A stretch of 64,000 nucleotides of DNA from Anaerofustis sp. (GCA_041447245.1 JBGMEA010000012.1:282297-346296), one strand, 5' to 3'. Shown: positions 50,840 to 61,278, numbered from the stretch's first letter. Numbers and translations are program-made. Notes: a model not told the origin generated them from the sequence alone.

Positions 50840-51283
50840 ATGAAAAGAAATCCCATTCTGGCAAAACTGTTTGCCTTGGTCGGAACTATCCTTACCGCCG
50901 GACCCATCGTGTTCATGTTTGCCACGGGCATTGTCGGTTCGGTCATGAGAAAACAGCTGATGATGGATTATCTTATTCCGGCAGAACTGTTCATCGCAGT
51001 GCTCTCGGGCGCCCTTCTGCTTTTGATTGCTGCTTTGATGACGCACACTTGCGTCAAATCGATCGCATGGGGATTCGGCATTGCAGTGGCGGCATTTGTT
51101 GCAACCATGCTGTATACGATGCTCAGCGGGCTGGCTTCGGGAGATATCGAGCCGAACGGCATGGCGTTTGTCTTCGCGTTGGTCGGGATCATCGCTTATG
51201 ATCTTGCGGTTGCAGAACTCGGTGTTGCCGGGATTGTTCTCTGCTCCAAACTGCTCACCAAAAAACGCAGCATCGCTCAGTAA
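50840..51283 (+). CDS. hypothetical 4-TM membrane protein
   Basis: Start MKRNPILAKL after GGGAGGTGAATCGT. Followed by terminator. Confidence 0.5.
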   Translation: MKRNPILAKLFALVGTILTAGPIVFMFATGIVGSVMRKQLMMDYLIPAELFIAVLSGALLLLIAALMTHTCVKSIAWGFGIAVAAFVATMLYTMLSGLASGDIEPNGMAFVFALVGIIAYDLAVAELGVAGIVLCSKLLTKKRSIAQ

Positions 51284-51291
51284 ATAAAATG

Positions 51292-51320
51292 AAAGCAGCC
51301 GTCGAAGGGCTGCTTTTTTG
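51292..51320. terminator. bidirectional terminator
   Basis: aaagcagcc-gtcgaagg-gctgctttttt. Confidence 0.6.
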
Positions 51321-51330
51321 CTGCATTTCA

Positions 51331-52317
51331 TCAAGGATTGCAGATGTTGATCGGTTGTTTTCCGTTTTCGACCGCAAGGATGTTGCTCCAGACCGTCTTG
51401 TGCATTGTCTGAAACGCTTGCAGTGTGGTGCCTGCGATATGCGGAGAGAAGAGCACTTTATATCGGCAGGATTCCGACAGCTTCAGCAGCGGGTTATCTT
51501 TCGTGACCGGTTCGGGAGTCAGGGTGTCGAACGCCGCTCCCGCAAGTTGTCCTGCTTCCAGTGCTTTGGCAAGGGCTTGCTGATCGATCAGTTCTCCCCG
51601 TGCCGTATTGATGAGAATGGCATTCGGTTTGAGCACCGCCAAGCGTGTTGCATCGATGTAATTCACTGTGTCGGAAGTGACAGGCAAATGCAGGCTGATA
51701 ATATCGCAGCTCCTGAGCAATTCATCCAATGCGAGATAGTCCACACCCAAAGCTTGTTCAGCCTGCGCATTTGGTGTGGAGTGAAAACAGCTGACCTTGC
51801 AGCCAAAGGCTTTGAGGCGTTTGGCTGTTTCTTTTGCGATCATACCGAAGCCGATGAGTCCGACGTGCGCTGCATTCAATTCGTTGATGCCATCCAGAAT
51901 GAATGCTCCTTTGGCTTCGATTTGTCTGCCGCTGCGCACCATCATGTCGCCTTCGAGCAGTCTTCGCTGCATGGCAAGCATCAGCATGACGGTATGTTCC
52001 GCAACTGCGACTGCGTTGGCTGCCGCATTGTTGCATACGAACACTCCATGCGCTTTCGCCGCGGCCGTGTCGATTTTGTTGAATGCGACTCCCTCAGAGT
52101 GAATCAGTTTCAGCTTCGACATATTCGCAATGAGATTGGCACTTACTTCCCGGATCGCATCCGCAAAAATATAATCGGCATCCGGAGCGGCTTTCAATAT
52201 TTCATCGTCTGTTTTCAGCCCTTCCGCATAAATGAGTTCCCATTCGGACGGAAGGGAAGAAAGATCATAAAATTTTCTGACGCGTTTTTCCGATGTCAGT
52301 ATCAAGACTTTTGTCAT
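51331..52317 (-). CDS. D-isomer-specific 2-hydroxyacid dehydrogenase family protein (NAD-binding)
   Basis: GLIGFGMIAKETAKRLKAFGCKV Rossmann; catalytic RGELID...H pattern. RBS GGAGGAAATGC. Confidence 0.75.
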   Translation of the reverse strand: MTKVLILTSEKRVRKFYDLSSLPSEWELIYAEGLKTDDEILKAAPDADYIFADAIREVSANLIANMSKLKLIHSEGVAFNKIDTAAAKAHGVFVCNNAAANAVAVAEHTVMLMLAMQRRLLEGDMMVRSGRQIEAKGAFILDGINELNAAHVGLIGFGMIAKETAKRLKAFGCKVSCFHSTPNAQAEQALGVDYLALDELLRSCDIISLHLPVTSDTVNYIDATRLAVLKPNAILINTARGELIDQQALAKALEAGQLAGAAFDTLTPEPVTKDNPLLKLSESCRYKVLFSPHIAGTTLQAFQTMHKTVWSNILAVENGKQPINICNP

Positions 52318-53036
52318 GCATTTCCTCCGGTTTTCTTTTTATTTTATCATAATCCGACTCACTTTCCTGCCATATTGTGCAATCGGTTACGGTAATTGTG
52401 CGGTTGTCAAAACGCAGTATCCCTTCATTCCTCATGGCGGTGAGCTCTCTGCCCAGAGAAGAGCGTCGGATTCCCATGGATTCGGCAAGTTCTGTTTTGC
52501 TCATCGGAAGTCGGATGGTCAGTGACTGCTGTCGATGTGTTTCTTTTTTCAGAAAATCCAGCATTCTGCACCGAATATTGGAAAGTGTGAGGGTGTGCAG
52601 TTTTTCGGTGAGCATTGCGGCATGCTCCGATGTTTGATACAGGAACTCCCATAAAAACGCTTCGTTTTTTGCACAAAGCTTTCTTACAGTGCTTCTGCCG
52701 ATGCAGAGCATCGTGCTGTCGCTGAGGGCTAAAACTGTGAATGGATAGTTCCGCTTCTCGGCGAAAATCAGATTTGCCCCCAGCACTGCGGGCGGTTCGC
52801 AGATTGAGACGATCAGGCTGTTTCCCGATTCATCGATGTCCTGGATGCTGATTTTCCCTTCCGACAGGATTTCGATTCCCGCGCAGTCGTCTCCGGACAA
52901 ATGAATCACGCCGCCCCGTTTCATCTTCATTGATTTGATTTCACCTGTCCGAATCATAATTTCAATGCAACTATCATCAAGTGTGCGCAAAAAAGGCAGC
53001 TCAAAAAACGCTTCCGAACCAACTGTTTGCATCATA
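52265..53036 (-). CDS. Crp/Fnr family transcriptional regulator
   Basis: cNMP-binding-like N-domain. C-terminal HTH (MSKTELAESMGIRRSSLGRELTAMRNEGIL). 3' end overlaps the downstream gene by ~50 nt. Confidence 0.7.
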
Positions 53037-53125
53037 ACCTCTCCCATTTGTTACTTATGTAACATTTTCTGCCCTGCAGTCCCATTATACTAAAGTAAAA
53101 TGAGAAATGAAAGGAGCTTTTCAAA

Positions 53126-53449
53126 ATGCAACAGGTTTATCAGTTTGCCAGAACTGCGGAAAAGACAATCGAAAAAATTATCGATGACGATCATATTGCC
53201 ATCAATCATGCGATTTTGCCGAGCGGGGAGGGGCTTCCCGAACATTTTTCAAATTCCGAAGTTTATTTGGTGATTGTGAAGGGAGTCATGACACTCCAAT
53301 TGAATGACAGTGACATTCGTACGCATTTGCATGGAGAGATTGTCCATGTGCCCTACAACAGCAAAATGAATCTGAAAAATCAGGAAGATGACACTTTGGA
53401 ATTTTTCATCGTGAAAGCCCCGAATCCCAGATTTTACGAAGAGAAATAA
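53126..53449 (+). CDS. cupin-domain protein
   Basis: 107 aa, HAILPSGEGLPEHFSNSEVYLVIVKG...HLHGEIVHVP cupin motifs. RBS AAAGGAG. Confidence 0.6.
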   Translation: MQQVYQFARTAEKTIEKIIDDDHIAINHAILPSGEGLPEHFSNSEVYLVIVKGVMTLQLNDSDIRTHLHGEIVHVPYNSKMNLKNQEDDTLEFFIVKAPNPRFYEEK

Positions 53450-53512
53450 ATGCCGCGGAAACGCGGGCTTCGGCATTGTTATGCAAAGAGGAAAGACGTA
53501 TCGAAAACAAAA

Positions 53513-53556
53513 TAAAAGAGCAGAGCTTCATCGGAAGCCCTGCTCTCTTTGTTTTT
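53513..53556. terminator. bidirectional terminator
   Basis: gagcagagcttc-atc-ggaagccctgctc flanked by A- and T-runs. Confidence 0.5.
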
Positions 53557-53565
53557 CTTCTACCA

Positions 53566-53700
53566 CTGGATGAGCCATTGCAGCATATCGATCATGAACC
53601 CTTCTCTGATTGCTTTGTCTTCGGGAAGGAACACCAGCTCTTCGTCTCTGACACGGTCATAGCCGTTCGGGTAATCCAGAATATTGTAATCCATCAATCA
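53566..53700 (-). CDS. small ORF (44 aa) downstream of URO-D methyltransferase
   Basis: MDYNILDYPNGYDRVRDEELVFLPEDKAIREGFMIDMLQWLIQW. RBS AAGGAGAGTATGATTG-ATG; terminator follows. Not in the ORF track. Confidence 0.3.
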
Positions 53701-53752
53701 TACTCTCCTTATTCGAAATTTTGACTCTTTCCGATCGGATATCCTCATCCGA

Positions 53753-54934
53753 TCAAAAACGGTAACTGCTGACAAAATCGCTGACTGCCTTGAGGTTTTC
53801 GTGCGTGCAGTCGTAGGGGAAAGATATCATTTTATTTTCGCTGAAAATGAATCCGTCCGGACCGAGCGTGTCGATCAGATGCTTTGTATAATCCACGCAT
53901 TCCTGTGCGGTTCCTTTTCCGAGCAGATCGGTGGTCATGCCGCCCATCATTGTGACGTTCGGCAGACGTTTGCGCATTTCGAAAATGTCATTCATTTCCG
54001 CAAGCAGTACAAAACGGTCTTTCGGGAATTCCTGGAAGAAGTCATAGAATCGATCGGAGGCGCCTTCCGCAAATACGAAGGCGAGTTTGTCCTGCGTTTC
54101 CGTCAGCTCGATGACGCGTTTGAGATGCGGCCAATAGAATTTTTCGAATTGTTTGGGACTAAGGATGATGTGTCCGAGCATAACCGGGTTGGTATCGACG
54201 CAGAAATTCGGGTTGGTGCCTTTCGGCTGCTGAGCTTTGGCACGTTCCAGTTTCGGAATGGCGAAAGTCTGGTCGATGGCATCCATCGCCGCCAGCACTT
54301 TTTCGGGATCTCTGCGGATGTCGTAGGCAAGCCCTTTGATGCCTCTGAGAAAGCAGAAGAGAATTTCATAACCGTTGCCCGAGTAATCGATCGCGGCTGC
54401 GGGATCGGTGAAATCGGGAATGCCGAACTCATTCTGAATTTCGCCCACGCGTCCCATGAAGGCGCCGAATTCTCCGTATTTCCCGAGAAAGTTTCTGAAA
54501 TCGGGGGAATTGGTATCTTTTTTGAGTGCTTTGTATTTTCTCGGAAGGAACGTTTGCCATAAGAATTTTTTCGGATCCGCAATGAGTGCGGGATAGTCTT
54601 CCGCTTCCATGAAGCACTGGTCGTGGATGTTGATGGAATTGGCGACATCATTGATGACATATTCGTCGTTGCCGAGGGACTCCGTTACCTGGATCGGATT
54701 TCTCCAACCCGTTTCGTAACAGGAATCGATTTTGTAGTTTTCAAACGTGTGACGAATCACTTTTTCCATGATGGCATAATCATTGAGCGCTTCACTCAGT
54801 TTGTAACCCGCGTCGTATATTTTCCAGGAGAAAAGATTTCCGAAGTGAAAAATCTGATTGGTTTTTTCTTTTTTTGTGATGGTGTTCTTGACCAGATTGA
54901 TTCGGTCTTGTTTTAATTTGTTTGCATCAACCAT
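53753..54934 (-). CDS. URO-D family corrinoid methyltransferase, paralog 3
   Basis: Closest paralog of 29139..30302. Confidence 0.7.
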   Translation of the reverse strand: MVDANKLKQDRINLVKNTITKKEKTNQIFHFGNLFSWKIYDAGYKLSEALNDYAIMEKVIRHTFENYKIDSCYETGWRNPIQVTESLGNDEYVINDVANSINIHDQCFMEAEDYPALIADPKKFLWQTFLPRKYKALKKDTNSPDFRNFLGKYGEFGAFMGRVGEIQNEFGIPDFTDPAAAIDYSGNGYEILFCFLRGIKGLAYDIRRDPEKVLAAMDAIDQTFAIPKLERAKAQQPKGTNPNFCVDTNPVMLGHIILSPKQFEKFYWPHLKRVIELTETQDKLAFVFAEGASDRFYDFFQEFPKDRFVLLAEMNDIFEMRKRLPNVTMMGGMTTDLLGKGTAQECVDYTKHLIDTLGPDGFIFSENKMISFPYDCTHENLKAVSDFVSSYRF

Positions 54935-55089
54935 TTCTAAACGATCTCCTTTTTTGAAGTGTCAGCTTTTCGCATTGAGTTGGTATAAACATGTTTAATT
55001 CACTTACAGGATAAAACAGACGGACATATTTGTCAATAGATTTTTGAAAAATAACTGATATCTATTAATTATGATCCGATTTTTTCATC

Positions 55090-55593
55090 TCAGTTTTCGA
55101 TTGCTTCTGCGGTTGCGGGTGTTTTGATCAGCAGCTCGGAAACCCATACCGATAGGACAGCGCTCACAACCCCGCAGAGCAGGGCAGTCAGCACGGGAAA
55201 GATTTGTTCGATCCCGCCGTAAACGACACCGATGACTCCGGCAAAAGCGAAGCCGACGATGTTGGCCCAGCTATTTTTGAGAAAGACATTGTGTGTGGAT
55301 CTTACGGCAAACGTAAAGACGGCGAATACGGCAAACATCGCTACGGATTCATTCCATCCGAGAGCGGTTGCCCAGTGTTCCATATAATGAAACAATACAC
55401 CCCACGCAACTCCGCAGGATATCGAGAGCAGATAGTTCGGAAATTTCTTGCGGTCGGCTCCCGCCGTGAATGTGACGGTAATGCCGACGAATAAAACCAG
55501 AGTAAGTGCCGGAAACAGCAATGCTTGGAACAGCACAATGCATGCGGCAAGCACAACGGCGATGACGGTGATTTTCAACAGGTCTGTTTTCAT
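55090..55593 (-). CDS. hypothetical polytopic membrane protein
   Basis: Start MKTDLLKITVIAVV after GGAAAGGAATCTTC. 5 TM helices. Confidence 0.45.
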   Translation of the reverse strand: MKTDLLKITVIAVVLAACIVLFQALLFPALTLVLFVGITVTFTAGADRKKFPNYLLSISCGVAWGVLFHYMEHWATALGWNESVAMFAVFAVFTFAVRSTHNVFLKNSWANIVGFAFAGVIGVVYGGIEQIFPVLTALLCGVVSAVLSVWVSELLIKTPATAEAIEN

Positions 55594-55765
55594 GAAGATT
55601 CCTTTCCGGGTAATCAATGAAAAGCTGACTGGTATAAACATGTTTATATTATAATACACGGGAGGGAAAAGTTTGTCAAGCATGAATTTAATTCAAAAAT
55701 AACGATTCGCTGCCTTGCGGTTTATTCCACAAAAAATCCCCGCCGAAGCAGGGATTGCAATTTAC

Positions 55766-56461
55766 TTAAACGGATTCGGCATGCATCTCAATGTATTCGG
55801 GCAGGCAGTAAGTATTGCTCAGCCCCGAGAGTCTGCCGCTCGCATCGAAATAGTTTTGCGTAACCGAGGCGATGGCGCTGCCTTCCCGGATGTTCAATAA
55901 GGTTCCGATCTGTTGGGTGCAGCCGATCGCTTCGAATACGAGCTCGTGCCTTGCCGCGAACTGCTCGAGCTTTTGCGTCATCAGTGTAGCAAAGCTGTAA
56001 TGTGTCATTTCGTACTCGGAAATGTCGATGTCCTTGTGATATAAAAGCATCTTTCTGTCATAAGCGATGACCCGCTCTTCACTTTTGAAGAGACGCTCGA
56101 TGCTCAGGATTCTTGCTTTTTGAGACAGGATGCCGAAAGCCGCCGTGTTCGGACCCTTCGTTGTGAAATGGGTGGAAATCATATCGATGCGGTCGATTCC
56201 CTTGATTTTTTTCAGTTCGTCGAAGAGCACGATGTATTTGTCGGTGGCGGGTGTTGCGACATAGTTTCCGACGCGTTGGATGGAATAGACCAGACCTTCC
56301 TGTTCCAGATCGGAAATACTTTTGCGCACGGTCATCTTGCTTGCGCCGTACTGCTCCATCAGTTCCGCCTCGGACGGCAGCTTGTCCCCGGGGCGCAGTT
56401 TGCCGCTGCGGATGGTTTCCTTGATTTCGTTTTCGATTGTCTTATAAAGCTGAACGTCCAT
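55766..56461 (-). CDS. GntR family transcriptional regulator (HutC/UTRA subfamily)
   Basis: N-terminal wHTH (PGDKLPSEAELMEQYGASKMTVRKSISDLEQEGLV) plus UTRA effector domain. Confidence 0.75.
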   Translation of the reverse strand: MDVQLYKTIENEIKETIRSGKLRPGDKLPSEAELMEQYGASKMTVRKSISDLEQEGLVYSIQRVGNYVATPATDKYIVLFDELKKIKGIDRIDMISTHFTTKGPNTAAFGILSQKARILSIERLFKSEERVIAYDRKMLLYHKDIDISEYEMTHYSFATLMTQKLEQFAARHELVFEAIGCTQQIGTLLNIREGSAIASVTQNYFDASGRLSGLSNTYCLPEYIEMHAESV

Positions 56462-56468
56462 GTTTCAC

Positions 56469-57167
56469 CTATTCGCAGATTGCACTGAGTTTGAAATATT
56501 TCCCGAGAAATGTCGTGATGCCGTAACCGATCGGTTGCGCATTTTCATCATATAAAAACTGCTCGATAATAATGGCAGGCGTATGCTCGTCGGCTCGGAG
56601 CACTTTTGCCGTTTGTCCGTCCAGTTCGCCGACAGTGATCCGCATTTTTTTCTTGATGTCGAACAACGATTTTTCTTTTGCGAACATTTGGGGAAAATCA
56701 GATTTGTACAATTCCTGCTCGATGATCGGGCTTTTGGCGGAGTAGGGAATGTATTTGCAGTCATACGCAATTCGCGTGTCCCGATCCGAAATAAGACGTT
56801 TAATCAGAACGGTCTGTCTGTTCGGAGGGAGATCAAGAATTGCCGTCATCTCCGCATCGGGACTAATGATATCCACACCGATGACCTTAACTGATTCCGC
56901 ACTGGTTTCGATTGCGGAGGTTTCGTTGAAATACAGCAGGAACTCGCCTTTTTTCGGTTCGCAAACATAGTAACCTTTTCCCTGGACGGCATACAGAAGC
57001 CCGTCATTGACGAGTACCGAAAGGCCTTTCCGCACCGTTGAGCGTCCAATGCCCGTCATTTCGCACAACATCTTTTCCGAAGGGATGTTGTCGTTCGGGC
57101 GATACTCCCCGCTGTCGATCTTTGCCCTGATCAGCTCCACTATTTTCTGGTAGGAATGCTCAGCCAT
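56469..57167 (-). CDS. GntR family transcriptional regulator (HutC/UTRA subfamily), tandem paralog
   Basis: PNDNIPSEKMLCEMTGIGRSTVRKGLSVLVNDGLL plus UTRA domain. Confidence 0.75.
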   Translation of the reverse strand: MAEHSYQKIVELIRAKIDSGEYRPNDNIPSEKMLCEMTGIGRSTVRKGLSVLVNDGLLYAVQGKGYYVCEPKKGEFLLYFNETSAIETSAESVKVIGVDIISPDAEMTAILDLPPNRQTVLIKRLISDRDTRIAYDCKYIPYSAKSPIIEQELYKSDFPQMFAKEKSLFDIKKKMRITVGELDGQTAKVLRADEHTPAIIIEQFLYDENAQPIGYGITTFLGKYFKLSAICE

Positions 57168-57816
57168 TATCCCGTCCCTTTTCCTTCATCCATTGTTTGC
57201 AGATTTCCACACCCATTCCTGCATCTTTCACCGAAATGTCCGCACCGATATATCGGCACGCCGCATCCGTGAGCGCCGGACCGCCTGCCAGTATTTTCAG
57301 ATCACTTCGCATTCCCGCCGCGGAAATCTCATCAATCAGTGTTTTCATTTCCTCAATGGCGGAGGTGAGAATTCCGCTGAGCGCAAGAATGTCGGGATGC
57401 TCTGATCGTAAGGTATCAATAAAGAGTCCCGACGGTACATCCACGCCGAGGTCGATGACCCGAAACCCGCTGGCGGAAACCATGCTTTTGAAGATATTTT
57501 TTCCAATGTCGTGGTTGTCGCCGTTCACGGTTCCGAGCACGATCACGCCGATGGGTTGGTCGGCATTTTGCTGCACCCAAATATTAAATCCTTCCAGATC
57601 AAGGACTTTTTTGTAAATGATTTCGGACATGATCAGCTCGATGATATAGTACTCTTCCTGCTCGTACAGTTTCCCGACCTCATTGAGCCCGAGATTGAGC
57701 CAACGGAGAATTTCCAGCCGATCCGTATCCTGCGCGACGGCGAGCACCGCGTTTTCCAATACGCGGTCTTCGTCGAGTTCTTTCATGCCCTGTATGATGT
57801 TGTCTTTGATTGACAT
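57160..57816 (-). CDS. cobalamin-binding corrinoid protein (MtaC/MtbC-like B12-binding domain)
   Basis: B12-binding signature GTVNGDNHDIGKNI (DxHxxG) and Rossmann-like C-domain (ILALSGILTS...KILAGG). Confidence 0.7.
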   Translation of the reverse strand: MSIKDNIIQGMKELDEDRVLENAVLAVAQDTDRLEILRWLNLGLNEVGKLYEQEEYYIIELIMSEIIYKKVLDLEGFNIWVQQNADQPIGVIVLGTVNGDNHDIGKNIFKSMVSASGFRVIDLGVDVPSGLFIDTLRSEHPDILALSGILTSAIEEMKTLIDEISAAGMRSDLKILAGGPALTDAACRYIGADISVKDAGMGVEICKQWMKEKGRDNG

Positions 57817-58009
57817 GTCGATTCCCCCAAACATGTTTATAACAATAGGAGTTACTTATGATTATAGCATTGATTCCGATCTTTTCAACCGATTTGGGTG
57901 ATTCCTGCAAGGAGATTCTTCTCTTATCCCCGGAACATATCCTTTCGCACGCGTACTGTTTGTGCTATAATAAGTCGGAATCAATTTATCCGACAGGAGG
58001 TGAATCACT

Positions 58010-58399
58010 GTGAAACAATGCAAAAACTGCGGGACGCAGATGTCGGATGATGCAAAATTTTGTACGCAATGCGGCAGTGCCATCGATGACAGGCAGCCGA
58101 ATGCCGTCCCTTCGTTTATCCCTCCGGTCTATCGAAAGACTCAGAAACGCTACAATTCCATGTGTGTGGCAGGATTCGTCACCGCACTGTGCGGAATGAT
58201 GATGCTTCCCCCGATTGCGGGCGTTCTCGCAGTCATTTTTTCTTGGGTCGGGCTGAAAAAAAGTGCGATTTCGGGTCAGATGGGAAAGAATCTTGCGATT
58301 GCGGGAATTCTGATCGGTGTGTTTGATTTGATTTTCGGCGCATTCCTGATTTATGCGTATTTATATTATCTTCGTTATTACGGAATTATTGCATTTTGA
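58010..58399 (+). CDS. zinc-ribbon + DUF4190-like membrane protein, tandem paralog 1
   Basis: MKQCKNCGTQMSDDAKFCTQCG then two Gly-zipper TM helices. Confidence 0.55.
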   Translation: MKQCKNCGTQMSDDAKFCTQCGSAIDDRQPNAVPSFIPPVYRKTQKRYNSMCVAGFVTALCGMMMLPPIAGVLAVIFSWVGLKKSAISGQMGKNLAIAGILIGVFDLIFGAFLIYAYLYYLRYYGIIAF

Positions 58400-58543
58400 A
58401 TCAGTCTTCGGACTGATTTTTGTTTTAAGAATTTTGTGAATAATCTTTCGTGTGTACAAATTCATGCGAATGTGGTATATTGAACTTAATCAGTACAGAT
58501 CAATCCGAATGCTCAAAATCGGATTTGAATTAGGAGGCATACG

Positions 58544-58990
58544 ATGAAATATTGCGCGAACTGCGGCAAGGAAATGGCGGATAATGACACGGTATGTGCG
58601 CAGTGCGGCGCTCCCGCGCAAAAAACAACCGCCAATTATATCGACGATACATCTCCCACAACCGCAAAGCCGGACGAATGGATGGAGTCGATTCCGGAAC
58701 CTCCGGTTTACCTTTCCAACTATGCCGGCGATGAATCTCTGACCCGTCCGTCAAGCGGCGGCTGGATGTATGAAGCAATTGCCTGTTTCATCGTTTCCTT
58801 GGTCGGGTTGCTGTTCTATCCGTTTATTTTGGGAATTGTGGCTGTTGTGCTCGGGATCGTCAGTCTCAGAAAATTCAAGCAGATGCAACAGCGCGGCAAG
58901 GGACTCGCGATTGCCGGCATCGTCATCGGTGCGGTTGATTTGATTTATTATGCATTGAGCTTGTTTGTTGCCGGGCTGATCTTTTATTGA
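58544..58990 (+). CDS. zinc-ribbon + DUF4190-like membrane protein, tandem paralog 2
   Basis: MKYCANCGKEMADNDTVCAQCG + TM pair. RBS AGGAGG. Confidence 0.55.
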   Translation: MKYCANCGKEMADNDTVCAQCGAPAQKTTANYIDDTSPTTAKPDEWMESIPEPPVYLSNYAGDESLTRPSSGGWMYEAIACFIVSLVGLLFYPFILGIVAVVLGIVSLRKFKQMQQRGKGLAIAGIVIGAVDLIYYALSLFVAGLIFY

Positions 58991-59422
58991 GTCGGCGTTT
59001 CCTGCACGGGAAGCTGTGTTTGCGAATCCAAAAACCGTGAAAAAAAGAATCGCAAACAATTGAAAATGACGGTACTCCATGTTCAGGATATATCTTTGGT
59101 TTGCCCATTCCTGTGTTTGTGGCGCTTGCGGCTGCATTTGAGAATTGCCGCAATCAAACGCCCCTGACAAAGCACAGACTTGTGCGGGTATGTCCGAATT
59201 GAAATGTTTTTTGTTTTGGATTTTTCATTCAGCCTCTGCATCTTGATCATGTCATCGCCACGCTGAATCCGTATGAATAGCATACGGATTTTTTCATTCG
59301 CATACGAAATTTCTTGCTCTTGGGAAAATTCTGTTTGAGTTGTCCAATCGGTTTGCATTCTCCGCATCCTGTGTTAAGATAAATAACAATATTGGAACAA
59401 AACAAAAGAAACGGTGAGTGAC

Positions 59423-59839
59423 ATGGCAAGATGCAGTCATTGCGGTGCGCATATGGAGGAGTCGGATCGATTCTGTCCGAAGTGCGGAGCCAACAGTTAC
59501 AGTGCTTCGGACAGCCCGCTTGAGAACTCCGAAGGCAATTTGGATGAGAATCAGAGCAAAGAACCCGAAGTCATTAATGTTGACACACAGGAATTTCACT
59601 ATGGCGAAGGGCCGACCGTGCGTCAAAAAGTCAATCCTTTCTGTCTGATCGGCCCCGCAATCGCGGTTCCGGCTACGATTTCCGTGTTGAATCCTCTCGG
59701 AATTGCGGCAATTGCAGTTTCGATCATCGGATATCTGCGGGCGGAGCGTCTTGCTCAAAAAGGGAAAGAAGCCGCAGTTTTCGGATTGGTTGTCGGTACG
59801 GTGGAGTTGGGTGTTTTTCTTGCCAGACTTTTGTTCTGA
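59423..59839 (+). CDS. zinc-ribbon + DUF4190-like membrane protein, tandem paralog 3
   Basis: MARCSHCGAHMEESDRFCPKCG + TM pair. Confidence 0.55.
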   Translation: MARCSHCGAHMEESDRFCPKCGANSYSASDSPLENSEGNLDENQSKEPEVINVDTQEFHYGEGPTVRQKVNPFCLIGPAIAVPATISVLNPLGIAAIAVSIIGYLRAERLAQKGKEAAVFGLVVGTVELGVFLARLLF

Positions 59840-59855
59840 AAAAGGAGAAATCGGT

Positions 59856-60287
59856 ATGCAACAGGAAATACGGCAAGCTTATTGTACGGAATGCGGAGCT
59901 CCGCTGAAACCTTCCGACCGCTATTGCGAACGGTGCGGAGCCAGAACGGTTCCGCGTGAGCCCTCTTTTCGTCAGCCGATGCCCGGTATGCCCAATAATC
60001 GGATTAACAAGAAGACTGATGTTTTCTGTATTGCGGGAATTGTGCTCAGCTGGTATGCGGTATTCAGTTATATCTTCGCACCCGTTTTCAGCATCGGCGG
60101 AATTATCGTATCGATACTCGGACTTCAGCGTGTCGAACGTTCCGGGGAAGACGGGAAAAGCTTGGCTGTCGCGGGCATTGCCATCGGAGCGGTCGGCTTG
60201 ATCGTTTACGTGTTGATTGTTTTCGGATTGATCGGGGGAGGCGCAGGGGTGATCCACCATCTGATCCGATACGGAGTTCAGGTTTAG
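59856..60287 (+). CDS. zinc-ribbon + DUF4190-like membrane protein, tandem paralog 4
   Basis: MQQEIRQAYCTECGAPLKPSDRYCERCG + TM pair. RBS AAAGGAG. Confidence 0.55.
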   Translation: MQQEIRQAYCTECGAPLKPSDRYCERCGARTVPREPSFRQPMPGMPNNRINKKTDVFCIAGIVLSWYAVFSYIFAPVFSIGGIIVSILGLQRVERSGEDGKSLAVAGIAIGAVGLIVYVLIVFGLIGGGAGVIHHLIRYGVQV

Positions 60288-60452
60288 TTTTGGTGCAAAA
60301 CGGAAAGAAAGATTGTATCTGTCAAAGCATTCGGTGCAAAATTGCAGGTGTTTTTTACTATACAAAATCTCGGGAATGTGTTATAGTAAACAGTAGTATT
60401 GAGTTCCTGCACAGCAGAAGTAATCATACGAACGGAATTAAGGAGGATCATT

Positions 60453-60965
60453 ATGAAGAATTGCACAAATTGCGGCAGTCCGATGGACGACAACGCAGCG
60501 TTCTGTCCGAATTGCGGAACTGCGGCCGCTCCGGTACAGCCTGCTGCACCCGAAACACCTGTTGCCCCTCAGGCCGCTCCGAGTTATCAGGCTCCCGTTG
60601 AGCCCCAACCTGCGGCTCAGCAGAACCCCTACCAGACAAATTCCAATCCCGCGCCGACCTACAATCCAAACGGGGCGTATAATCCTTATGCTCAGCCTTC
60701 GCAGAGCACAAATATTCCCGCTTTGGTCGGGTTTATTCTTTCTCTTGTTGGCATCCCCGCATTATTTATAGGGTTCGGCTGGCTTTTGGGGATTGCCGGA
60801 ATTGTTTTATCCATCATCGGTATGGTGCAGGTGAAGAAAACGAATCAAAAAGGAAAAGGATTTGCTTTGGCAGGACTGATTATCGGTATTGTATTGATCG
60901 TTCTGACGATTGTTGCAGTTATTTATGTAATTGCCGCATACGGATATTATTATAATCTGTACTAA
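60453..60965 (+). CDS. zinc-ribbon + DUF4190-like membrane protein, tandem paralog 5 (with Pro/Gln-rich linker)
   Basis: MKNCTNCGSPMDDNAAFCPNCG, P/Q/A-rich linker, TM pair. RBS AAGGAGG. Confidence 0.55.
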   Translation: MKNCTNCGSPMDDNAAFCPNCGTAAAPVQPAAPETPVAPQAAPSYQAPVEPQPAAQQNPYQTNSNPAPTYNPNGAYNPYAQPSQSTNIPALVGFILSLVGIPALFIGFGWLLGIAGIVLSIIGMVQVKKTNQKGKGFALAGLIIGIVLIVLTIVAVIYVIAAYGYYYNLY

Positions 60966-61278
60966 AAAATACGTGCATAAAAAAGCAACTGATTGTCAGT
61001 TGCTTTTTTATGTGAAAACGGTATCAGGATATTTTCCGGCGAATTGTATGAGTGCTCCTTTATGATTGGTTTCGTTTTTTGTCGGTCGGAGTGTTTATTT
61101 TAAAAGAAATGTAATGCTATTTCACCTTTTTTTCTTTTCCTTGTGCATTATTGTAAACGTTCGAGATTTGAATATTCCAAAAAACCTTTTAAAATCAAGA
61201 AAAAAAAAGAGAAAAAATGTAAATTTCTCTTCGCTTTTTCCCTATTTGATTGTATAATGAATGCGCATTGATATACGT

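Noticed and set aside
51289-52395. 368-aa plus-strand ORF antisense to the 2-hydroxyacid dehydrogenase gene
   Set aside because: The dehydrogenase has a Rossmann motif and a strong RBS. The plus ORF has neither.
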